Positions 1-19,455 of a DNA stretch of 64,000 nt are shown in pieces. Origin of the DNA: Propionicimonas sp. (GTDB lineage Bacteria; Actinomycetota; Actinomycetes; Propionibacteriales; Propionibacteriaceae); assembly GCA_027492575.1 (NCBI GenBank), contig JAPUEM010000105.1, forward strand, positions 1,926 to 65,925. Reading direction: 5' to 3'. The translations under genes and the position numbers were made by a program. Numbering within the stretch: position 1 is the first letter of the stretch; each line of letters starts with the position of its first letter. The notes beneath the pieces were generated by a model that did no database searches, was not told the DNA's origin, and worked only from the letters and a program-made list of their open reading frames with translations.

Positions 1-11
1 AAAGGAAGACA

Positions 12-1205
12 GTGAGCATTCTGGCGAGCGTCCCGCTGGCACCCCGCGACCCGATTCTCGGGCTGACCGAGCAGTTCGCGGCGGACCCGCGTCCGGGCAA
101 GGTCAACCTCGGCGTCGGGGTCTACCTCGACGAGAACGGCAAGGTGCCGCTGCTGGAGTGCGTGCGGACGGCCGAGCAGGAGCTCGCCGCGGCCGCCACT
201 CCGCGCGGCTACCTGCCGATCGACGGCCTGGCCGCCTACAACGCGGCGGTGCGGGAGCTGATCTTCGGCGCCGGCAGCGAGCCGGTCACCTCCGGCCGTG
301 TCGTCACCATCGAGGCGCTCGGCGGGACGGGGGCGCTCAAGATCGGCGCCGAGTTCCTCAAGGTCGCCAGCGACCAGCGCACCCTGCTGATCTCCGATCC
401 CTCCTGGGAGAACCATCAGGCGCTGTTCAGCCGGGCCGGCTTCGAGGTCGGCTCCTACCGCTACTACGGCCCGGAACGCCGCGGTATCGACAGCGACGGC
501 ATGCTGGCCGATCTGGCCGCCGCTGAACCGGGGACGGTCGTCGTGCTGCACGCCTGCTGCCACAACCCGACCGGCTACGACCTGACCCCCGCGCAGTGGG
601 AGCAGGTCGCCCAGGTGGTCGCCGAGCGCGGGCTGGTGCCCTTCCTCGACCTCGCCTACCAGGGTTTCGCCACCGACGTGGAGGCGGACGCGGCGGTGCC
701 GCGGCTGTTCGCCACGCTGGGGGTCCCGGTGCTGGTGGCGTCCTCCTTCTCGAAGAGCTTCAGCCTCTACGGGGAGCGGGTCGGCGGCCTCAGCATCGTC
801 AGCGCGGACGCCGAGGAGGCGGCGCGCGTCCTCTCGCAGGTGAAGATCGCCGTCCGCACCACCTACTCCAACCCGCCGACCCACGGTGCGGCGCTGGTCG
901 CCCGGGTGCTGGGGGACGCCGCGCTGCGCGAGCAGTGGGACGCCGAACTCGGCGCGATGCGCGATCGCATCAAGGCGATGCGCCAGGCGCTGCGGGCCGG
1001 CCTGGAAGCCCAGGGCATCACCGACATGGGCTTCGTGACCGAGCAGGTCGGCATGTTCAGCTACTGCGGGTTGTCGGCCGCGCAGATGCAGGAACTGCGC
1101 GAGGTGCACGGTGTCTACGGCACCGACGCCGGCCGGATCTGCGTCGCCGCCCTGAACCCGGCCAACGTCGAGGTGGTGGCGAAGGCGATCGCCGCCGTCC
1201 GCTGA
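12..1205 (+). CDS. tyrB: Aromatic amino acid/aspartate aminotransferase (class I, PLP)
   Basis: 397 aa; KVNLGVGVY, HACCHNPTG and SFSKSFSLYGERVG (PLP lysine) motifs. Confidence 0.9.
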   Translation: MSILASVPLAPRDPILGLTEQFAADPRPGKVNLGVGVYLDENGKVPLLECVRTAEQELAAAATPRGYLPIDGLAAYNAAVRELIFGAGSEPVTSGRVVTIEALGGTGALKIGAEFLKVASDQRTLLISDPSWENHQALFSRAGFEVGSYRYYGPERRGIDSDGMLADLAAAEPGTVVVLHACCHNPTGYDLTPAQWEQVAQVVAERGLVPFLDLAYQGFATDVEADAAVPRLFATLGVPVLVASSFSKSFSLYGERVGGLSIVSADAEEAARVLSQVKIAVRTTYSNPPTHGAALVARVLGDAALREQWDAELGAMRDRIKAMRQALRAGLEAQGITDMGFVTEQVGMFSYCGLSAAQMQELREVHGVYGTDAGRICVAALNPANVEVVAKAIAAVR

Positions 1206-1306
1206 CCTCGGTTCGACGCGGCAGGGCAAAGCACGTACACTCTTCATCTTGGTGACCGCCTGTTCCACCATGCTCAAAAGGCGACGGAACAGGTGGCCCA
1301 CCACCT

Positions 1307-1379
<73 letters not shown>

Positions 1380-1444
1380 CTGAGATGGCGCCGATCCGGC
1401 GCCGTTTCGGTGCACACCCGGTGACGACAGAAGGACGGCCAGCA

Positions 1445-1840
1445 GTGGCGGAAGACCAGGACCAGGCAGCTGCCGACGTCCCCGATGAGCCGACCCTGGA
1501 GCCTGTCGAACTCAGTGACCTTCCGCTGAGCGAGGAGGAGCAGGTCGCGATCGCCGTGGCGGGCGCCCGTCCGGCTCGCAAGGCCGTCGAGGTCGAGGCC
1601 AAGGGGCATGCCACCCGCAAGCGCAGCGCGGCCCAGGCGACCACCACCCACGAGAAGCGCACGACACCGGCGCAGTTCGTCCGCGAGAGCGTGGAGGAGC
1701 TGAAGAAGGTCGTCTGGCCGACCCTGAGCCAGTGGCAGCAGTACTTCGTGGTGGTGCTGGTCTTCGTCCTGTTCATGATCGCGATCGTCAGCCTGCTGGA
1801 CCTCGGCTTCGGTGCAGGGCTGCTGCAGCTTTTCGGATGA
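1445..1840 (+). CDS. secE: Preprotein translocase subunit SecE
   Basis: FVRESVEELKKVVWPT motif plus C-terminal TM helix; GTG start at 1445 chosen from upstream AAGGA. Confidence 0.9.
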   Translation: MAEDQDQAAADVPDEPTLEPVELSDLPLSEEEQVAIAVAGARPARKAVEVEAKGHATRKRSAAQATTTHEKRTTPAQFVRESVEELKKVVWPTLSQWQQYFVVVLVFVLFMIAIVSLLDLGFGAGLLQLFG

Positions 1841-1856
1841 GACGGAGATACCTGAC

Positions 1857-2654
1857 GTGACTGATACCCCCGATTACGAAGCCGACTTCGAGATCGACCT
1901 CGGCCAGCTGGAATCCAGCGCCGACGATGTCGAACTGAACCTCGACTTCGCCGACGATCTGGACGCTCCGGCCGACGACGACATCCTGCTGCCGGGTCTG
2001 GCGGAGGACGAGCCGGAGCCCGAACCCGAGCCGGAGTTCGGCGCGGACGAGGCCGCGGTGCTGGCCGAACTGCGTGAGACGCTGCGCGGCCAGGTCGGCG
2101 ATTGGTACGTCATCCACACCTATTCGGGTATGGAGAACCGGGTCAAGCAGAACCTCGACAACCGGGTGAAGACACTCGGCATGGAGGATTACATCTACGA
2201 AGCCGTCGTCCCCACCGAGGAGGTCACCGAGACCCGCAACGGGACGAAGAAGTCGGTCACCCGCACCGTCCTGCCGGGCTACGTCCTGGTGCGGATGGAG
2301 CTGACCGACGCTTCCTGGGCCGCGGTGCGCCACACCCCGTCGGTGACCGGCTTCGTCGCCCACGCCAACGCCCCGGTGCCGCTCAGCCTCGACGAGGTCG
2401 AGAAGATGCTGGCCCCGGCCGCGCTGGCCAAGGCCGCGGCGGCCGCCACCGGCAGCAAGCCGCGCAGCCGCAAGGTCGAGATCGCCGACTTCAAGGCCGG
2501 CGACTCCGTCATGGTGGTCCAGGGCCCGTTCGCCGGCGTCCACGCGACCATCACCGAGATCAATCCCAACAGCCAGCGCCTGCGGGCTCTGGTCGAGATC
2601 CTCGGCCGGGAGACCCCGGTCGATCTGACCTTCGGCCAGATCCAGAAGGTCTAG
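1857..2654 (+). CDS. nusG: Transcription termination/antitermination factor NusG
   Basis: WYVIHTYSGMENRVK, VLPGYVLVRM, KOW region GPFAG; GTG start at 1857 inferred; acidic N-terminal extension. Confidence 0.95.
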   Translation: MTDTPDYEADFEIDLGQLESSADDVELNLDFADDLDAPADDDILLPGLAEDEPEPEPEPEFGADEAAVLAELRETLRGQVGDWYVIHTYSGMENRVKQNLDNRVKTLGMEDYIYEAVVPTEEVTETRNGTKKSVTRTVLPGYVLVRMELTDASWAAVRHTPSVTGFVAHANAPVPLSLDEVEKMLAPAALAKAAAAATGSKPRSRKVEIADFKAGDSVMVVQGPFAGVHATITEINPNSQRLRALVEILGRETPVDLTFGQIQKV

Positions 2655-2721
2655 CCTGCTCGGATGACGGCCGCCCAGCCAGGTCGGCCGGGACACACCA
2701 CCACACACGAAGGACCCAACC

Positions 2722-3153
2722 ATGCCTCCCAAGAAGAAGGTAGCGGCGATCGTCAAGGTCGCCCTCAACGCGGGCGCCGCGACCCCCGCCCCGCCGGTCG
2801 GTACCGCGCTCGGCCCGCACGGCGTCAACATCATGGAGTTCTGCAAGCGCTACAACGCCGAGACCGAGGCGATGCGCGGCACGATCATCCCGGTGGAGAT
2901 CACGATCTTCGAGGACCGCACGTTCTCGTTCATCACCAAGACCCCGCCGGCCGCCGAGCTCATCAAGAAGGCCGCCGGCCTGAAGAGCGGGTCGGCCAAG
3001 CCGCACAAGGAGAAGGTGGGCAAGCTCACCTCCGACCAGGTGCGCGAGATCGCGACGACCAAGCTGCCCGACCTGAACGCCAATGACATCGACGCCGCGA
3101 TGAAGATCGTGGCCGGCACCGCCCGCTCCATGGGCGTCACCGTCGAAGGCTGA
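2722..3153 (+). CDS. rplK: 50S ribosomal protein L11
   Basis: [23 protein letters not shown] motif. Confidence 0.98.
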   Translation: MPPKKKVAAIVKVALNAGAATPAPPVGTALGPHGVNIMEFCKRYNAETEAMRGTIIPVEITIFEDRTFSFITKTPPAAELIKKAAGLKSGSAKPHKEKVGKLTSDQVREIATTKLPDLNANDIDAAMKIVAGTARSMGVTVEG

Positions 3154-3165
3154 TTCCCGGACGTC

Positions 3166-3184
3166 CCCTGAGCTTGTCGAAGGG
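3166..3184. repeat. REP-like repeat, family A (CCCTGAGCYTGTCGAAGGG)
   Basis: CCCTGAGCTTGTCGAAGGG; related copies at 14756, 23817 and 49780. Confidence 0.7.
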
Positions 3185-3204
3185 TCGTCCACTCCAAACC
3201 CCTA

Positions 3205-3260
3205 GTGGGAGGGCTTAGCCCGCACCACGCCTGGCCACGGCCCTCACGCGGGCCGCACCA
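3205..3260 (+). promoter_or_regulatory. Putative L1-binding mRNA hairpins upstream of rplA
   Basis: GTGG-GAG-GGC-tta-GCC-cGCA-CCAC and a second similar hairpin; asymmetric internal loops immediately 5' of rplA. Confidence 0.45.
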
Positions 3261-3280
3261 ACACGAAAGAGACCAGAGAA

Positions 3281-3982
3281 ATGAAGCGAAGCAAGGCCTA
3301 CCGGGCCGCTGAGGCGAACATCAACGCCACCCAGCTGTACACCCCCGAGGAGGCGCTGGCGCTGGCCAAGTCCGGCGCCTCGGCCAAGTTCGACGAGACC
3401 ATCGAGGTCGCGCTGCGACTCGGCGTCGACCCCCGCAAGGCGGACCAGATGGTCCGCGGCACGGTCAACCTTCCCAACGGCACTGGCAAGACGGCACGGG
3501 TCCTCGTCTTCGCCACCGGTGAGAAGGCGGCCGACGCGCTCGCCGCGGGCGCCGACGAGGTGGGCGCGGACGAACTGATCGACAAGATCGCCGGCGGCTA
3601 CCTCGACTTCGACGCCGTGGTCGCCACCCCCGATCTGATGGGCAAGGTCGGCCGGCTGGGCCGGGTGCTCGGCCCGCGCGGCCTGATGCCGAACCCCAAG
3701 ACCGGCACTGTGACCATGGACGTGGCCAAGGCCGTCACCGACATCAAGGGCGGCAAGATCGAGTTCCGGGTCGACCGGCACGCCAACCTGCACTTCATCG
3801 TCGGCAAGGCCTCCTTCACCGAGCAGCAGCTGGGGGAGAACTTCTTCGCCGCTCTGGACGAGGTGCTGCGGCTCAAGCCGAGCGCCGCCAAGGGCCGCTA
3901 CCTGAAGAAGGTCACCGTGGCCTCCACCATGGGCCCCGGCGTGAGCGTCGATCCGACCAGGACCAAGCCCTCGGCCGAGTGA
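3281..3982 (+). CDS. rplA: 50S ribosomal protein L1
   Basis: [40 protein letters not shown]. Confidence 0.98.
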   Translation: MKRSKAYRAAEANINATQLYTPEEALALAKSGASAKFDETIEVALRLGVDPRKADQMVRGTVNLPNGTGKTARVLVFATGEKAADALAAGADEVGADELIDKIAGGYLDFDAVVATPDLMGKVGRLGRVLGPRGLMPNPKTGTVTMDVAKAVTDIKGGKIEFRVDRHANLHFIVGKASFTEQQLGENFFAALDEVLRLKPSAAKGRYLKKVTVASTMGPGVSVDPTRTKPSAE

Positions 3983-4005
3983 CCGCGAGCTGATCGCAAC
4001 CGGCG

Positions 4006-4033
4006 AGCCCCGTCCCTTCGGACGGGGCTTTCG
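4006..4033 (+). terminator. Intrinsic terminator after rplA
   Basis: AGCCCCGTCC-cttc-GGACGGGGCT followed by T-rich bases. Confidence 0.75.
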
Positions 4034-4070
4034 CTTTCCCTCCCGCTCACGAGCTTGCCCTCCATGCCCG

Positions 4071-4116
4071 CAAGGTGTGGCCGATGAACCGACGTCGGCC
4101 CTTCCGCCACATCGTG
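4071..4116. repeat. ~46-bp dispersed element, family C
   Basis: Reverse complement closely matches the units at 39227-39352 (GTGTGGCGGA...GTCGGTTC...CCACACCTTG). Confidence 0.6.
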
Positions 4117-4190
4117 CGTGGGGAAGAAGGCCGGGAGACCTCTCGTCCTCGATTTGGCCGGGGGAGTGGGGTTCCCGTAAGGTAGGCAGA

Positions 4191-4307
4191 GCCGAAGACC
4201 GCTGGTCGGTTCCGCGTGAGCAGAGCCGGTAAGCCCCGCGCAGGTGAAACGTGAATTGCTCATTCCGAGTTGTCCCCGGGTCGCCCTGCGCGCCGGGGTT
4301 TTTCTTT
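4191..4307 (+). promoter_or_regulatory. L10 (rplJ) leader RNA with attenuator-like hairpin
   Basis: GAAGACCGC...CGCAGGTGAAAC motif upstream of rplJ; CCCCGG...CCGGGG-TTTTTCTTT hairpin. Confidence 0.75.
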
Positions 4308-4353
4308 GCCCGGTGGGACGCGGCTGACACTACAAGAAGTGGGAAGGAGACCC

Positions 4354-4875
4354 ATGGCGAGGTCGGACAAAGTCGCCGCCGTCGCGGAGTTGAAGGATGC
4401 CTTCAACGATTCCGCGGCAGCAGTGCTGACCGAGTACCGCGGTCTCACCGTCAAGGATCTGAAGGCTCTGCGCCGGTCCTTGGGTGAGGACGCCACCTAC
4501 GCCATCGCGAAGAACACCCTCACCACGATCGCTGCCCGCGAAGCGGGCATCGAGGGCCTCGATGAGCAACTCACCGGGCCCACGGCGATCGCCTTCATCC
4601 GCGGTGACGTAGCCACCGTGGCGAAGGGGCTGCGGGATTTCGCGAAGGCCAATCCGCTTCTGGTCATCAAGGGCGGCGTCATGGACGGGCGCGTGCTCAA
4701 TGCCGAGTCGGTCAAGAAGCTGGCCGATCTTGAGTCTCGCGAGGTTCTGCTCGCGAAGCTCGCCGGTGCGATGAATGGCAACCTTGCCAAGGCCGCAGGC
4801 CTCTTCAACGCACCACTCTCCGGGCTGGCCCGCGCTGTGGCCGGGCTCCGGGACCAGAAGCAGTCGAACGAGTAA
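4354..4875 (+). CDS. rplJ: 50S ribosomal protein L10
   Basis: [21 protein letters not shown]; ATG at 4354 after AAGGAG. Confidence 0.97.
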   Translation: MARSDKVAAVAELKDAFNDSAAAVLTEYRGLTVKDLKALRRSLGEDATYAIAKNTLTTIAAREAGIEGLDEQLTGPTAIAFIRGDVATVAKGLRDFAKANPLLVIKGGVMDGRVLNAESVKKLADLESREVLLAKLAGAMNGNLAKAAGLFNAPLSGLARAVAGLRDQKQSNE

Positions 4876-4902
4876 GAAACAAGAAGATAGGACGCCCAAA
4901 CT

Positions 4903-5295
4903 ATGGCGAAGCTCAGCACTGACGAGCTCCTTGAGGCTTTCAAGGAGATGACGCTGATCGAGCTCTCTGAGTTCGTGAAGCTGTTCGAGGACACCTTCGG
5001 CGTCACCGCCGCCGCTCCGGTGGCCGTGGCCGCCGCTCCGGCCGCCGGTGGCGGCGATGCCGCTGCCGAGGAGGAGGAAGAGTCCTCCGAGGTCGACGTG
5101 ATCCTCGAATCCGCCGGCGACAAGAAGATCCAGGTCATCAAGGAGGTGCGCGCGCTCACCAACCTCGGCCTGAAGGAGGCCAAGGATCTGGTGGAGGCCG
5201 CTCCGAAGGCCGTCCTGGAGAAGGTCGCCCGCGACGTTGCCGCCAAGGCCAAGGAGGCCCTCGAGGCCGCCGGCGCCGCGGTCAGCGTCAAGTGA
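4903..5295 (+). CDS. rplL: 50S ribosomal protein L7/L12
   Basis: [24 protein letters not shown]. Confidence 0.98.
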   Translation: MAKLSTDELLEAFKEMTLIELSEFVKLFEDTFGVTAAAPVAVAAAPAAGGGDAAAEEEEESSEVDVILESAGDKKIQVIKEVRALTNLGLKEAKDLVEAAPKAVLEKVARDVAAKAKEALEAAGAAVSVK

Positions 5296-5323
5296 GTCTC
5301 AGGTACGCCTGATCACACGACAT

Positions 5324-5361
5324 CGAATGGCGGTGGCCCCCAGTGGGGTCACCGCCATTCG
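5324..5361 (+). terminator. Long hairpin terminator after rplL
   Basis: CGAATGGCGGTGGCCCC / GGGGTCACCGCCATTCG inverted repeat. Confidence 0.75.
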
Positions 5362-5388
5362 TGTGTTCTGAGGCCGGATGCACGAATC

Positions 5389-5409
5389 GACGGAGGCTTT
5401 GCCTCCGCC
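5389..5409 (-). terminator. Hairpin downstream of the small peptide gene
   Basis: On the minus strand GGCGGAGGC-aaa-GCCTCCGTC (one G-U pair), ~60 nt after the peptide stop; no U-tract. Confidence 0.5.
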
Positions 5410-5468
5410 GACTCGTCAAAAGGGGTGGGTGACCTGCTCCGAAGGATGCAGACGGCAAAACTGTGGGA

Positions 5469-5630
5469 TTACTTGTCGAAGGGCCAGCCACCCTGCCCGC
5501 CGCCGTTGACGGTGCTCTTGGCGATGCTGGGCTTCACGACCGGCGCGGCCGCCGACTGGGTGACGCCGACGGTGAGCGCGAGCGCACCGGCCGCGACAGC
5601 GGTTGCGACTATCCTGCGGATTGCGGACAT
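5469..5630 (-). CDS. Small secreted peptide (53 aa), candidate signalling propeptide
   Basis: MSAIRRIVATAVAAGALALTVGVTQSAAA-PVVKPSIAKSTVNGGGQGGWPFDK; Sec-type signal peptide with AxA site; GGGGG RBS before ATG 5630; own promoter-like site. Confidence 0.75.
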   Translation of the reverse strand: MSAIRRIVATAVAAGALALTVGVTQSAAAPVVKPSIAKSTVNGGGQGGWPFDK

Positions 5631-5673
5631 TTCTGTTACCCCCGGGTTTTCTGGAAAGGACACCTCGCGATCG

Positions 5674-5703
5674 ACGGTAGGCGAGGCTTGACTGACTTGT
5701 CAA
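5674..5703 (-). promoter_or_regulatory. SigA-type promoter for the peptide gene
   Basis: Minus strand TTGACA (5703-5698) -N18- TACCGT (5679-5674). Confidence 0.6.
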
Positions 5704-5746
5704 GATTTGACAGGCTCAGGACGGACCCATGTCAGGAGGAGGTCTG

Positions 5747-7048
5747 GTGACCGCCACGTCGACCCACCCCGAGTTCGGCCGGCTGTTGCGCCAAACGCGG
5801 CGCAGCCGCCACATGTCCCAGGTTGAACTGGGCGCCGGACGCTACACGGGCAGCTATATATCGCACCTGGAGAGCGGACGTCGCACGCCCACTCCCGAGG
5901 TCATCGACTTCCTGGCCCGCCGGCTGGGTGTCTCGCCCCTGGAGTGGGGCGTCCGTCAGCATCACGACAAGACGGCCACGCTCGCGGCCGAGGAGGATCC
6001 GGGCTCGGGCACGGTGGAGAACCTCCTGGTGGCCGAGCGCGCCCGCTACGACCGGGACTGGTCCTCCGCCGAGGCGCACGCCCGCCGGGCCGCGGCCAGC
6101 GCCGAGGAGGGTGGCGACGCCATCCGCCACTGGGAGGCGATGTACGTCGTCGGACAGGCCCAGTTCGCCAACGGCCAGTTCGGCGAAGCGGCCCGGATCG
6201 GCGAGGAGATCGCCGGCTGGGAAGCCGCTCGAACCTACGCGGTGGCCCGGGCCCAGTCGCTCAGCCTGGCCGCGACGGCGAACCGCGCCGGCAGCCGGCT
6301 GGGCTGGGCGATCGCGCTCGGCGCCCGGGCGGTCGAGGCGGCCCGCGACGCGCCGCCGATCATCCTGACCGAGGCGCTGATGGCGCTTGTCAGCGCGCTC
6401 ACCGAGGCCGGCCACGGGTCCGATCAGATCGCTCCCTACCTGCGACGCCTGGACGACCTGATGCCCCAGCTGGCCTCCAAGCACTCCCGCGGCACGGTGG
6501 CCTGGACGCTCGGCACGGCGGCCTACGCCATGGGTGACGCGGCCGGTGGTGCCGTCCGCTACGACGAGGCCCGCACCCTGCTGAACCCGCACCGCGATCT
6601 GCGGCTGTGGCTGCGTTTCCACCGCAGTGACGCCGACCGGCGGCTCGACACCGGTTCGACCCAGGGGGTCGCCGAACTGCTGCGGATCAGCTCGACCGGG
6701 CTGGAGATCATCGGCAACCCCTTCGACGTGGTGGAACTGCGGCAGTCCTGGGCGCGGCTGGCCCTGCTCGAGGGCGAGCCCGCCAAGGCGCTGTCGCTCA
6801 TCGAGAGCCTGCTGGCCGACCCCGTCCTGGGCGATCCGGAACTCAACCAGCCGGTCTCCCAGGCCATCCGCGCCGAAGCGCTGTGGGGTCTGGGACGGCA
6901 CGCGGAGGCCCGCCACCACTGCCGGATCGCGGCCGAGCTGTTCGAAGCCGACGGACGGCTGAAGCTCGCCCTTTCCGCCTACCGCCGGCTGGTGGGGGAA
7001 TGGTCCGAAAACTTGACAGTCGACGTTGACACGACGGTCAAGTTGTGA
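5747..7048 (+). CDS. XRE/Cro-type HTH regulator with TPR-like helical C-terminal domain (RRNPP-like)
   Basis: N-terminal LRQTRRSRHMSQVELGAGRYTGSYISHLESGRRTP HTH; TPR-like segments (VVGQAQFANGQFGEA, TLGTAAYAMGDAAGG, RAEALWGLGRHAEA); GTG 5747 after AGGAGGAGG. Confidence 0.8.
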   Translation: MTATSTHPEFGRLLRQTRRSRHMSQVELGAGRYTGSYISHLESGRRTPTPEVIDFLARRLGVSPLEWGVRQHHDKTATLAAEEDPGSGTVENLLVAERARYDRDWSSAEAHARRAAASAEEGGDAIRHWEAMYVVGQAQFANGQFGEAARIGEEIAGWEAARTYAVARAQSLSLAATANRAGSRLGWAIALGARAVEAARDAPPIILTEALMALVSALTEAGHGSDQIAPYLRRLDDLMPQLASKHSRGTVAWTLGTAAYAMGDAAGGAVRYDEARTLLNPHRDLRLWLRFHRSDADRRLDTGSTQGVAELLRISSTGLEIIGNPFDVVELRQSWARLALLEGEPAKALSLIESLLADPVLGDPELNQPVSQAIRAEALWGLGRHAEARHHCRIAAELFEADGRLKLALSAYRRLVGEWSENLTVDVDTTVKL

Positions 7049-7222
7049 TTGAGTTCATGTCACGGCGCCCCCCACATCGCGTCGGATGAGTACACCTCAC
7101 ACGATCGGTGCTTGCAGTCGGTATCCCTCCCAAATCGCCGGCGGCAAGCACCGATCGACGTTTCCGGCAAGGTTGCCGGCACCCCGAGCCGGAGCCCGGG
7201 AATAGGCGACACCGCATCGCAG

Positions 7223-7251
7223 TTGCAACCTTCGCGATGTCCGGGTAAGCT
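7223..7251 (+). promoter_or_regulatory. SigA-type promoter of rpoBC
   Basis: TTGCAA-N17-TAAGCT about 100 nt upstream of the rpoB start. Confidence 0.65.
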
Positions 7252-7349
7252 AACGCTTTGCCCATGCCATCGATGACCCGTGGTTTTGACACGGGTCGTT
7301 CAGCGTGCACCGAACCGGCACCGTGCCGGGACTCTGGAAGGACTCCACC

Positions 7350-10823
<3,474 letters not shown>

Positions 10824-10852
10824 GCAGTAGCTCTAAAGAAAGGGCACACAAC

Positions 10853-14734
<3,882 letters not shown>

Positions 14735-14740
14735 GGTCAA

Positions 14741-14788
14741 ACGCGGCCGGACGATCCCTGACCCCGTCGAAGGGTCGTCCGGCCGCGT
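14741..14788. repeat. Hairpin containing a REP-like family A unit after rpoC
   Basis: ACGCGGCCGGACGA / TCGTCCGGCCGCGT arms around CCCTGACCCCGTCGAAGGG. Confidence 0.7.
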
Positions 14789-14963
14789 AACCACCTCGCT
14801 TTGCTCCAACCGGGGGAGAGCGACTAAACTGTTCCACTGGGTCTGGGAGACTGGATCCTCGTGCGCGGGTATCGCCGGGCCTCACCGGTCGCGATCCCAC
14901 CGCCGCCCACACACGACTTACGTTCACCCGAACGTGCCGACCCGACGAAAGAGATGCCAACAG

Positions 14964-15335
14964 GTGCCCACTATCCAGCAGTTGGTCCGCAAGGGCCGCG
15001 CTGACAAGGTCAGCAAGTCCAAGACGCCCGCGCTGAAGGGTTCGCCCCAGCGCCGTGGGGTGTGCACCCGCGTCTACACCACCACCCCGAAGAAGCCGAA
15101 CTCCGCGCTGCGCAAGGTCGCCCGCGTCCGGCTCTCCTCGCAGGTGGAGGTGACCGCCTACATCCCCGGTGTCGGCCACAACCTGCAGGAGCACTCGATG
15201 GTGCTGGTGCGCGGCGGTCGTGTGAAGGACCTGCCGGGTGTGCGTTACAAGATCATCCGCGGCTCGCTCGACACCCAGGGCGTGAAGAACCGCAAGCAGG
15301 CCCGCAGCCGTTACGGCGCGAAGAAGGAGAAGTAA
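14964..15335 (+). CDS. rpsL: 30S ribosomal protein S12
   Basis: [34 protein letters not shown]. Confidence 0.99.
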   Translation: MPTIQQLVRKGRADKVSKSKTPALKGSPQRRGVCTRVYTTTPKKPNSALRKVARVRLSSQVEVTAYIPGVGHNLQEHSMVLVRGGRVKDLPGVRYKIIRGSLDTQGVKNRKQARSRYGAKKEK

Positions 15336-15805
15336 TGCCTCGCAAGGGTCCCGCCCCGAAGCGTCCGGTCGTCGTCGATCCGGTCTACGGCTCGCCCGTC
15401 GTCTCCCAGCTGGTGAGCAAGATCCTGCTCGACGGCAAGAAGACCACTGCCCAGAGCATCGTCTACGACGCCCTCGAGGGCACCCGCGCCAAGACCGGCG
15501 TTGATCCCGTCCAGACCCTGAAGAAGGCGCTGGACAACATCCGTCCGGCCCTCGAGGTGAAGAGCCGCCGCGTCGGTGGCGCCACCTACCAGGTGCCGAT
15601 CGAGGTCAAGCCGGCCCGGGCCAACACCCTGGCGCTGCGCTGGCTGGTCACCTTCTCCCGGCAGCGCCGCGAGAAGACCATGACCGAGCGGCTGATGAAT
15701 GAGCTCCTGGACGCCTCCAACGGCCTGGGCGCCTCCGTCAAGCGGCGTGAGGACACCCACAAGATGGCTGAGGCCAACCGCGCCTTCGCCCACTACCGCT
15801 GGTGA
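15335..15805 (+). CDS. rpsG: 30S ribosomal protein S7
   Basis: [22 protein letters not shown]; TAATG overlap with rpsL. Confidence 0.98.
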   Translation: MPRKGPAPKRPVVVDPVYGSPVVSQLVSKILLDGKKTTAQSIVYDALEGTRAKTGVDPVQTLKKALDNIRPALEVKSRRVGGATYQVPIEVKPARANTLALRWLVTFSRQRREKTMTERLMNELLDASNGLGASVKRREDTHKMAEANRAFAHYRW

Positions 15806-15900
15806 CCCCGACCTCTTTCTGACCCACTCTCAGGGCACGGTGACGCACCGTGCCCTGATCCCTGACAAGACCTGCAATCGACTGGAAGGCTGACCCACTC

Positions 15901-18012
<2,112 letters not shown>

Positions 18013-18148
18013 CCTCCAGTTTGACTCCCAACCGTCAGTAGACAAGACTTGGTCGGGTCCGCCCGAAAGCGGATCGTGACCATGCAGTCAGACAACCAAC
18101 ACACCGCCCCGCGGCAAGCGCGTGGCGTCCATCCGAGAAGGAGCCCAA

Positions 18149-19339
<1,191 letters not shown>

Positions 19340-19360
19340 GGCTCTGAACCAAGCAAGGCT

Positions 19361-19390
19361 GAGCGCCGGCCCCTTCGGGGGCCGGCGCTT
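19361..19390 (+). terminator. Terminator after tuf
   Basis: AGCGCCGGCCCC-ttc-GGGGCCGGCGCT hairpin. Confidence 0.75.
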
Positions 19391-19455
19391 CGTCGTATCT
19401 CAACCGGTGGGGGAGGGGCGGCGCGAGCCACGGCAGCGGCGTAGATTGGCCGATC

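Noticed and set aside
1499-1512. GAGCCTGTCGAA in the secE 5' region matching repeat family A
   Set aside because: Only a 12-bp match without the flanking CCCT/GGG arms; could be chance.
15080-15110. RpsL streptomycin-resistance site
   Set aside because: Wild-type TPKKPNS lysines are present.
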